Assembly: GCA_032718475.1 (NCBI GenBank)
Contig: JAUCBJ010003027.1
Coordinates: 1-43,573 of the forward strand
DNA: 43,573 nt
DNA from: Nemertoderma westbladi
Taxonomy: Eukaryota > Animalia > Xenacoelomorpha
Reading direction: 5' to 3'
The position numbers and the translations under genes are program-made. Under the pieces are notes generated by a model, which had not been told where the DNA came from, did no database searches, and saw only the letters and a program-made list of their open reading frames with translations. Shown piece by piece: positions 33,590-43,573 of the stretch (the stretch's first letter is position 1; the number at the start of each line of letters is the position of its first letter).

Positions 33590-36500
33590 AGTTGTACCGG
33601 TACCGGCTACTGGTACGGGTAACGGAGGTGAGTGTCAGTTGTACCGGTACGGGTACCGGAGGTGAGTGTCAGTTGTACCGGTACCGGCTACTGCTACGGG
33701 TACCGGAGGTGAGTGTTAGTTGTACCGGTACCTGCTACTGGTACGGGTACCGGAGTTGAGTGTCAGTTGTACCGGTACGGGTACCGGAGGTGAGTGTCAG
33801 TGGTACCGGATCGGTACCGGTTCCGGCTACTGGTGCGGGAACCGGAGTTGAGTGTCAGTTGTACCGGTACGGGTACCGGTGGTGAGTGTCAGTGGTACCG
33901 GATCGGTACCGGTTCCGGCTACTGGTACGGGAACCGGAGGTAAGTGTCAGTTGTACCGGTACGGGAACCGGAGGTAAGTGTCAGTTGTACCGGTACCGGC
34001 TACTGGTACGGGTACCGGAGTGAGTGTCAGTTGTACCGGTACGGGTACCTGAGGTGAGTGTCAGTTGTACCGGTACCGGCTACTGGTACAGGTACCGGAG
34101 GTGAGTGTCAGTTGTACCGGTACCGGCTACTGCTACGGGTACCGGAGGTGAGTGTCAGTTGTACCGGTACGGGTACCGGAGGTGAGTGTCAGTGCTACCG
34201 GATCGGTACCGGTTCCGGCTACTGGTACGGGAACCGGAGGTGAGTGTCAGTTGTACCGGTACAGGTACCGGAGGTAAGTGTCAGTTGTACCGGTACCGGC
34301 TACTGGTACGGGTACCGGTGTTGAGTGTCTGTTGTACCGGCACCGGCTACTGCTTCGGGTACCGGAGGTGAGTGTCAGTTGTACCGGTACCGGCTACTGG
34401 TACGGGTATCGGTGTTGAGTGTCAGTTGTATCGGTACCGGTTCCTGCTACTGGTATGGGTAACGGAGGTGAGTGTCAGTTGTACCGGTACGGGTACCGGA
34501 GGTGAGTGTCAGTTGTACCGGTACCGGCTACTGGTACGGGTACCGGTGTTGAGTGTCAGTTGTACCGGTACCGGCTACTGCTACGGGTACCGGAGTTGAG
34601 TGTCAGTTGTACCGGTACGGGTACCGGAGGTGAGTGAAAAGTGTACCGGTACCGGCTACTGGTACGGGTACCGGAGGTGAGTGAAAATTGTACCGGTACC
34701 GGCTACTGCTACGGGTACCGGAGGTGAGTGTCAGTTGTACCGGTACCGGCTACTGGTACGGGTACCGGTGTTGAGTGTCAGTTGTATCGGTACCGGTTCC
34801 TGCTACTGGTACGGGTAACGGAGGTGAGTGTCAGTTGTACCGGTACGGGTACCGGAGGTGAGTGTCAGTTGTACCGGTACCGGCTACTGGTACGGGTACC
34901 GGTGTTGAGTGTCAGTTGTACCGGTACCGGCTACTGGTACGGGTACCGGTGTTGAGTGTCTGTTGTACCGGTACCGGCTACTGCTACGGGTACCGGAGGT
35001 GAGTGTCAGTTGTACCGGTACCGGCTACTGGTACGGGTACCGGTGTTGAGTGTCAGTTGTATCGGTACCGGTTCCGGCTACTGGTACGGGTACCGGAGGT
35101 GAGTGTCAGTTGTACCGGTACCGGCTACTGGTACGGGTACCGGTGTTGAGTGTCAGTTGTACCGGTACCGGCTACTGCTACGGGTACCGGAGTTGAGTGT
35201 CAGTTGTACCGGTACGGGTACCGGAGGTGAGTGAAAATTGTACCGGTACCGGCTACTGGTACGGGTACCGGAGTTGAGTGTCAGTTGTACCGGTACGGGT
35301 ACCGGAGGTGAGTGTCAGTGGTACCGGAGCGGTACCGGTTCCGGCTACTGGTACGGGAACCGGAGGTGAGTGTCAGTTGTACCGGTACAGGTACCGGAGG
35401 TAAGTGTCAGTTGTACCGGTACCGGCTACTGGTACGGGTACCGGTGTTGAGTGTCTGTTGTACCGGTACCGGCTACTGCTACGGGTACCGGAGGTGAGTG
35501 TCAGTTGTACCGGTACGGGTACCTGAGGTGAGTGTCAGTTGTACCGGTACCGGCTACTGGTACAGGTACCGGAGGTGAGTGTCAGTTGTACCGGTACCGG
35601 CTACTGGTACGGGTACCTGAGGTGAGTGTCAGTTGTACCGGTACCGGTACGGGTACCTGAGGTGAGTGTCAGTTGTACCGGTACCGGCTACTGGTCCAGG
35701 TACCGGAGGTGAGTGTCAGTTGTACCGGTACCGGCTACTGGTACGGGTACCGGAGTGAGTGTCAGTTGTACCGGTACTGGCTACTGGTACGGGTACCTGA
35801 GGTGAGTGTCAGTTGTACCGGTACCGGCTACTGCTACGGGTACCGGAGGTGAGTGTCAGTTGTACCGGTACCGGCTACTGGTACGGGTACCGGTGTTGAG
35901 TGTCAGTTGTATCGGTACCGGTTCCGGCTACTGGTACGGGTACCGGAGGTGAGTGTCAGTTGTACCGGTACCGGCGACTGGTACGGGTACCGGTGTTGAG
36001 TGTCAGTTGTACCGGTACCGGCTACTGGTACGGGTACCGGTGTTGAGTGTCAGTTGTACCGGTACGGGTACCGGAGGTGAGTGTCAGTTGTACCGCTACC
36101 GACCACTGGTACGGGTACCGGTGTTGAGTGTCAGTTGTACCGATACCGGCTACTGGTACAGGTACCGGACGTGAGTGTCAGTTGTACCGGTACCGGCTAC
36201 GGGTACGGGTACCGGAGTGAGTGTCAGTTGTACCGGTACCGGCTACTGCTACGGGTACCGGAGGTGAGTGTCAGTTGTACCGGTACCGACCACTGGTACG
36301 GGTACCGGTGTTGAGTGTCAGTTGTATCGGTACCGGCTACTGCTACGGGTACCGGAGGTGAGTGTCAGTTGTACCGGTACCGGCTACTGGTACGGGTACC
36401 GGAGTGAGTGTCAGTTGTACCGATACCGGCTACTGGTACAGGTACCGGACGTGAGTGTCAGTTGTACCGGTACCGGCTACTGGTACGGGTACCGGAGTGA

Positions 36501-36720
36501 GTGTCAGTTGTACCGGTACCGGTTACTGGTACGGGTACCGGAGGTGAGTGTCAGTTGTACCGGTACCGGCTACTGGTACAGGTACCGGAGGTGAGTGTCA
36601 GTTGTACCGGTACCGGCTACTGGTACGGGTACCGGAGTGAGTGTCAGTTGTACCGGTACCGGCTACTGGTACGGGTACCGGAGGTGAGTGTCAGTTGTAC
36701 CGGTACCGACCACTGGTACC
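33590..36720 (+). repeat. Donor-junction minisatellite, right part (~70 units)
   Basis: Same unit as 27568-28306. Confidence 0.95.
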
Positions 36721-36972
36721 AGGATTGTCTAAAACTGGCGATCCCGTTTTAACTTAATAAATTTAAATTTTATAAAGATACATCTGTTTGAATCCAAAAA
36801 ATGCATTGCTTTGCGTTTCTAATTCCAGAGCTCGAATTAAGTCCGGTTTCACTTTTCTAACTCAACTTATAATTACGATACTATTACTGTAGTTACAGTT
36901 TATTTGTAATTAATTTATTGTTTAATTTTAATTAGTTTATTTCTGTATCTAATTAACTTTATGGTACCGCAG

Positions 36973-37179
36973 GTTTCTATTGCCAACTCAGCGGCTATGG
37001 AACCGATCACCGGTATCAACCGCGTTCCGCGCGCCCGCTGGTCCCTATTGTGTTCCGTCTGTAAGGATAAAGCCGGGGCCTGTATCCAGTGTTCCGTGTT
37101 CAACTGTCGTCGTAGTTACCATGTGACATGCGCGTTCCGTGCCGAGTTGGAGACGGAGATGTTGGACCGGGACGAGGAG
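36973..37179 (+). CDS. JADE: JADE-like gene, coding exon 6 (PHD2)
   Basis: VSI...MEPIT...RWSLLCSVC...GACIQCS..NC..SYHVTCAF; CCGCAG acceptor, GAG|GTAAGT donor. Confidence 0.95.
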
Positions 37180-37375
37180 GTAAGTATACAACACTTTACC
37201 TCCCAGGGTTGAACACTCCGTAACTAACAAACTGATTGGCATTATATTTAAATGTGGACACAACTACGGAGGAAGAGTAAATGAAACATATATGTTAAAA
37301 AGAGACGTCCAGCAATTAAATGCAGTGATTAATTAATTAATTTATTAATTGATTGATTGTTTAATTCCCTTACAG

Positions 37376-37845
37376 GTGGATTTCGTATCGTTCTGCGCGA
37401 CGCACACGGCTTTGCGACGTAAGCGGGGCGAGGCGCTCGGTAAGTGGAGCTATGGCACGGTGGCACCGGACAGCTCGGAGTCGGAACGGATCCGGCGGTC
37501 CCGAGTCGCTAAACTAAACCAACTCCTCGAGGAGTTCCACCAGCACGTCGACCTCATAGCGGTGTCCACGGTGACCGGGGTCTCCATGGAGATCTGCGAG
37601 ACGGTCGCTAGGTACTGGCGTCTACGCCGCGAGGCGGACCCCGGTAGACGGCCTCTGATTGGTCGGTTGCCCCGAGGGCGGGGTTACACGCAGCTCGCAG
37701 TTGAGGAAGAGGACCGATCCGCTAGGGAGATGATTAAATCGTTGAGACACGATCTGGAGGCCTGTAGGAATCTCTGTTATCTGGTTGCAAAGAGAGAGAA
37801 ACGGTTGAGAGCGTTTAAAACGGTCAGGGACAATATATTTAACAG
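37376..37845 (+). CDS. JADE: JADE-like gene, coding exon 7 (end of PZP and EPC-like domain II)
   Basis: FCATH, YWRLRR, LRHDLEACRNLCYLVAKREK; TTACAG acceptor, AG|GTTAAT donor in phase 2. Confidence 0.93.
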
Positions 37846-37969
37846 GTTAATATTCTAGAACAATCAGTTAGTTGTAATTAACTACGGGTGGGGGGGGGGG
37901 GGATTCACTAATTAACTAAATATTTAATTAAGGTCTGTCCATTGAAATGTTTGAATGCACACAACCTAA

Positions 37970-39490
37970 CTGAAAACGTTGTTACAAGGGTTTTCCGGGT
38001 CACTGATTTAATTTCTAAAGTTAGTTTTATCATTTAACTGTGTCATGTCGATCTGAATTGTTGTCTGTCTGTCCGTCACAATATAACCGACAGCTGGACA
38101 GACAAACTGACAATATGGATGACGTCATATATGAAAACTGACATCGGAAATGAAATCAACACACTTGAAAACCCCCATAAGAAAATTTGTAGCTAGTTGG
38201 TATATCTTCCTATTACTTTGACGTGCAGATCACTGGACAGACAGAAAAACCGACATACAGACATAGTAGGTTTTGTTAAAAGTGACAACTGACGTCAAAA
38301 TTGAATTTGGCAACCGGGATATCCTCCCTATAACTACATTTTTGGCTGGTTTGAATGCTTTCCATATATTTAAATATTCTAGAGCTATCGGGCAGGTATC
38401 AGTTTTAACAGATAATATCGGAAAGAAATGCCACTTTGTGTCACTTTTGCTGTCTGAGTGTATAGAGTTTTGCTTATGAATGATTTGATTGATGGATGCT
38501 TTGATTATGAATGAATGATGATGATACTTGCTGCAATATGTGTAATAATCAGCACGTGAGTTTATAAAGGAGGAATAAAAAAATAAATAAATAAAATAAA
38601 AATTGATGGCTGTAATGATGAATGTAATTAATCTATTTACCGGTATATAATTGACATTAAACCTGCCTAGTCAACTTAATTAGATTGTATAATTAAAATG
38701 TTATACAATTAATTCTAGAAATTAACCAACTAACTAACATAATTACTGGATAATAAAAGATTGCCAAACTGGCAGAAAAACCCTTACCGGATTGTAAAGA
38801 GACTTACCTTACCGTGTTAACAATAAATTTACGGGATAGTAAAAAATTTACTGAACTTACACAGACGTTTACCGACACAGGGAACCATAATTTTATTTAG
38901 CTAACAGACTTTGTCACGGACAAAAAGTAATAAATAAAATAAAGTAAAAATTCACCTCTTTCAAAAAGAGAGAGAGAAAAAATAGAAATAAATTCCTAAA
39001 CTGGCAGAAAAGACTTAATAAAAAACAAAATTATATTAACCTAGAAAAAACAGTTTAATTGACAAACTAACAGTCAGAATTTAAATGTTTTTTTATGAAT
39101 TTACTAACTGAAATTAGGACATTTAGAACTTTGCTTTCGGGATAACGGAATTAAGTTAATTCGATTATTTACTGTATCTCGTGGGATAGGACACATGGAT
39201 TTCCCCTAGCCATTGGGCTGGGTAACCGATTTCAAGGCCATCTTGAAACTCAAGTTTTATCTTTGAGTAAGATTTTCTTGAGTTCAAGTCAAGCGGGTAA
39301 GACTATGTTTATAACGCTTTTAACAATGAAAATTTTGATAACACCTACTGTAGCACAGATTGTCTGATAAACAGACAGACTGACAGTCTGGAATTCGTCA
39401 GACGTTAAAACTGACATCGGAAATGCAATCACCACTCCGGAAAACCCCCATATCGAAAATTTTAGTTAAGAAGTATTCTTCCTTATTTTT
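37970..39490. repeat. Fragments of an unclassified non-autonomous repeat with GTCT/ACAG microsatellite traces
   Basis: AAAACTGACATCGGAAATG(A/C)AATCA...AAAACCCC at ~38134 and ~39407, with an inverted relative at ~37988-38030. Confidence 0.5.
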
Positions 39491-39913
39491 TAAATATAAT
39501 TTGAATTATCCCTTCATTTAACAAAAAATAGCGGGAAGGTTTGAAAACTTTAAATGCCATTATCTCAGAATTTCATTTTTCGTTTTTATTTTTCACTCAT
39601 GTACCTGTTTCTCTGGAACTACTGGACCAAATTGCATCAACTTTCCATGATAATGTTCTACTAATCCTTTATAGCTGGAACCACCATTTAGATAATATGT
39701 TGGTTGGAAATTGCAAAAGTTACATCACAAAAAACGGCCAAAATTCATGTTTTTTCAATTTTAAAAATGACGTATTTCATTTTGAAAATTTCTGACTAAA
39801 TTTAAAATGACTTATTTAATTTGTTTTGGTTCCACGTTTGAGACACACACTAAATTAATTCCCATAACAAACATTATGTTGAACCAATTCCTCAGAATGG
39901 TACATAAGCTTAA

Positions 39914-40985
39914 CCCTATTAACCCCGGGGGGGGGGGGGGGGGGGGGTGTCAATATGACCACCCCGTTGTTATTTTTGTTATAACTCTGAAAAACAAAAG
40001 CAGCTGCGAATCTGTAATTCCTAACAGTGAAAACGGTTTTTAAAATTTTTTAGAAGTTTTCGAGTTACAGCACCATTTTTTACCCAACTTTTGGCACTTT
40101 TTTTGAGACGTTTTTTGAAAACTAAATTTCATGAAATAGAAATATGATTTGAACCATCTCTTTTTTTTATTTACACCGCTTTTTTGGTATTTGCAATTAG
40201 ATGGAATTCATATAAATTAATTTAGAAATTTCAAACTTGTTTTTTTCGGTGGGTGCCAAGTTTTGGTGCCATCACCAAATTTTGAAATATGTCAATTTTG
40301 TAAATTGATTGTTTGAACCTGTTTTTGCGCAATATGGATCTTTTAGGGGCTTGTTTTCGGTAGAATATATACGAGTCACATACGATATATACCGCGAAAT
40401 TTTTAAAACCCATTCAATAGTTCAATGGATTGGATTGTGACAACTTACTTCTCGCGTTTTGGAGGTTTATGGCGGTTCTGAATTCAATGGAATAATTAAT
40501 TATCTAACTAGACATCTAAAGCTTGTATTTTTCGGAAGTGTGTGCAAAAATGTTGGCCCCTTGGACTGTGTCGGCCCCTTGAGCTGTGTCGGCCCCTTGG
40601 GCTGTCTTGGCCCCTTGGGCTGTGTCGGCCCCGTGGGCTGTGTCGGCCCCTTGGGCTGTGTCGGCCCCATGGGCTGTGTTGGCCCCTTGAGCTGTGTCGG
40701 CCCCTTGGGCTGTCTTGGCCCCTTGGGCTGTGTCGGCCCCGTGGGCTGTGTCGGCCCCTTGGGCTGTGTCGGCCCCTTGGGCTGTCTTGGCCCCTTGGGC
40801 TGTGTCGGCCCCGTGGGCTGTGTCGGCCCCTTGGGCTGTGTCGGCCCCTTGGGCTGTGTCGGCCCCTTGGGCTGTGTTAGCCCCCTTGGGCTGTGTTAGC
40901 CCCTTGGGCTGTGTTAGCCCCTTGGGCTGTGTCGGCCCCTTGGGCTGTGTTGGCCCCTTGGGCTGTGCCCCCCCCCCCCCCCCCC
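39914..40985. mobile_element. Possible truncated piggyBac-like non-autonomous element
   Basis: TTAA|CCCT terminus followed by a G-run and GTCAATATGACC, related to 16392-16436; the other terminus was not found. Confidence 0.4.
40553..40968. repeat. 18-bp minisatellite GGCCCCTTGGGCTGTGTC, ~23 copies
   Basis: Read directly. Confidence 0.95.
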
Positions 40986-41137
40986 CATTTTCTGGTTGGA
41001 GCGCATAGCGGACTGAATCCACTAACACTAATAACAGAACTATAGATTTCGAAAATTTGGCAGTTGGGTCACTTTGAAAATAATTTATATTATTATAACG
41101 CGATATTCATAAATAATTATTGTTATTATTTTTTTAG

Positions 41138-42077
41138 ATCTGTGGAACTGATTAGTAACCGCGGTTGTACGGAGTTGGACCGACTGCTTATCGCGAGAGG
41201 TCAGTTCGAGTCTATGAGAATCAAAGAGGAAGGTTTCACCTACGGGTATCCAAAGGAGGTTGGGGCTAATCCGGACGATAAGTCGCCCAACCCCGGAGCC
41301 GCGGGGAAACAGTCGGTAGTGGGGGCGACAGAGTTGGCCGGAGTCAACCGGAAGCGGATCCGCGGTCGGAAGCGGAAACGCGTCATCGTGACGATGGACG
41401 AGGTCGAACGACTCGGGATCCCGTTGCCGAAGCGTTACCGCGGCACGCTTGCTAGGGGGAGCCATGAGACCCGCGGCCGGCGGGACTCCAGGGTCTGTTT
41501 CACGGCGGAGGAGTGGGACTCGTTGGGGATTCCATATACGCCGCCAGAGGGCGCTAACACTGTGGGCGAATCGCGGAAGAAAACCACCCCGAGGAAGGGT
41601 CTACCGCCTGTGGCAAGGAAGCGGTTGTCTTCCGACCCGATCTCGCAACGGACTAGAGATTGCCTCAGGCTGCGTTCTAGAACTTCGACACTGAGGAAAA
41701 CAGAACGTATGCGGGATATAGTTTCGGTTAGATTCTCTGATGCCCCCTATCGGCAGGGTGCCAGTGACGCCACCTACCGGCGCAATGCCGGGAGAACTCT
41801 TTGCCCCGGCACTGGCAAATCGGTTGTCAAGACAACGCGACCCAGCCATGGCCCCATTTACATCAGCGTCGGGGCCGGTAAGACGTCGCCAACTTCGCTG
41901 ATTGGCACAGCTGGACGTGTTGCTATGCGACAGCCAATAGTGATCAGTGTGAACAATGACTCATCGAATAGGCGAAGGCAGCCCGGGATAACAGTGGGTG
42001 GTCGTTATAGCAACAATAATCCCGGTGGCAGTAGAATCGATAGACCAATATTTATCAGCGTCGATAATTCACGTTAA
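41138..42077 (+). CDS. JADE: JADE-like gene, terminal coding exon 8 (basic, low-complexity C-terminus)
   Basis: TTTTTAG acceptor whose phase 2 matches exon 7; long GC-rich open frame to TAA; NLS-like RKRIRGRKRKR. Confidence 0.8.
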
Positions 42078-43573
42078 TTAATTAATTAATCACCTTATTG
42101 CCATTGAATTATGTTAATAAGATGACTTAATACTTATGAGGAGGGATGTTATTAACATATTCGATGGCGGTTACGCTACAGTTGCCGAACAGCCAATCAG
42201 GATGTTGGAAATAATTACTTGAATAATGACGTCATCGAAGATGTCGCCTTCCGAAAACTAATTAATATCATCGTATTAATGAGTTTTGGGGACCCAGTTG
42301 TTGCATTCAACCTGAGGAAATACAAAATGTTTCATTTTCTCCCGTACTTCCCCAACTTTTGATTTAAACTTGACGTCGATTTCGGCTCCTTTAAGGTTTT
42401 ATTAATTCTCATTTCTGTTGGTTCTGTTATTATTTCTAATTGTATCGATTAGTTCAAATATCTGATTATTTAAATTGGATTTATTTCTGTCATTATGTTG
42501 TATTAGTTAGTTTAAGTTACATCACAACTATAATGTTTAGCTATCCTTATGTATGATTTAGTGCGATTACTTTCAGTTTGAATTACAAATAGTAGATAGC
42601 GGTGAAACATCGAGATCTCCCGAAATCCACTTAAATAACGGCCCATAATGAAGTATCCCAGACTTTCTGCTCTTATATTTCACTTTGCAGTTTACCCCCA
42701 TGTGTAGAATAGCAGGTTTTCACAAAAAGCTGAATCTAACCAAAACATTAAACGATTTAGTATCTGTACAGGTTATAATATAGAAATAAAGCGCTAAAAA
42801 ACACTTAATAAGGATATATTTTTATAAAATACAAATTCTACACGTCATATAAAATTACAATAAAAGTGAAGACCTGGTATTCTTCACAAGGGCGTAAATA
42901 ACAGCTGATTACTCTCATAAATATACTGTAATGTAACGTGTAACCTGTTCTATTGACTTACTGTTTTGGTTCCAATAAGGTGCCACTATAACCTGCTTCT
43001 TTCTCATAATTGTAACATTGAGATGAGATATTAATGGGATTTGCGTCAACTTTCTATTGGTCGGTGTATTTAGTGGTGATTTAATAGGATTCTAGAACCG
43101 GCGAATCGAAACAAGTCGACAAAACGGTCTCCATGGTAATAGTAAACAACAATGTTTGGTGTTATTAGGTCATTTACTGACTCATTAATAATTCCTTAAC
43201 TCATCACGTAACCATGGAGACACACATCACGACCTAAACTCCTTTGAATTTATTCCCAATACATTTTCGTGCTTAGATTAATGTGCATTATATTGTCATG
43301 GTTACGTAATGTAAGTGCATGTTACAGTGTAAAAGTAATAAAAATTATTCTTTTTGATTTATACATTTTTGAAATATTATGTAGTTTATATAATATTGCA
43401 CCAATGAAAATCGAATGTATAATTTTATTATAATTATTTGAATTTTTCTATTTATACAAACTTGTGTGGAAAAGTATGTTGAGACTTTCGTCGGGTGGTG
43501 AGAATGTCGAAATCACTAATCCGATTCCCGAGTCCATCTCTAGTTGAATATCTACCTCCCTTCTCTCAATCAC

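Noticed and set aside
33590-36752. Many short VPVPATGTGTG-type ORFs
   Set aside because: Minisatellite translations
40459-41028. Collagen-like or antifreeze-like repeat ORFs (CVGPLG / TAQGAD)
   Set aside because: An 18-bp repeat that is open in several frames, inside an intron, with no splice or start support

Overview
AT-rich, repeat-dense animal genomic DNA, probably a bilaterian invertebrate (spliceosomal introns, CTCF-type motifs, LINEs, a SINE, MITEs). Two spliced host genes lie on the + strand. (1) The last two coding exons (5863-6031, 12045-12136) of an unidentified gene with a very acidic C-terminus. (2) An apparently complete JADE-family (PHF15/16/17, rhinoceros-like) EPL1+PZP chromatin scaffold gene in 8 phase-consistent coding exons from 20572 to 42077 (~906 aa). 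Upstream of the first visible exon is an intronless C2H2/acidic/coiled-coil ORF with its own promoter. Introns and intergenic DNA carry an apparently intact CR1-group LINE with a PHD finger on ORF2, a CRE-type fragment nested in an RTE-type fragment, a solo LTR, hAT- and Kolobok-like non-autonomous elements, a SINE and many satellites. The most striking pattern is that three large tandem arrays sit exactly at real splice junctions and are built from the junction sequence itself, giving tens to hundreds of copies of a donor or acceptor beside the used site. All calls were made by eye with no database search, and copy numbers are estimates.
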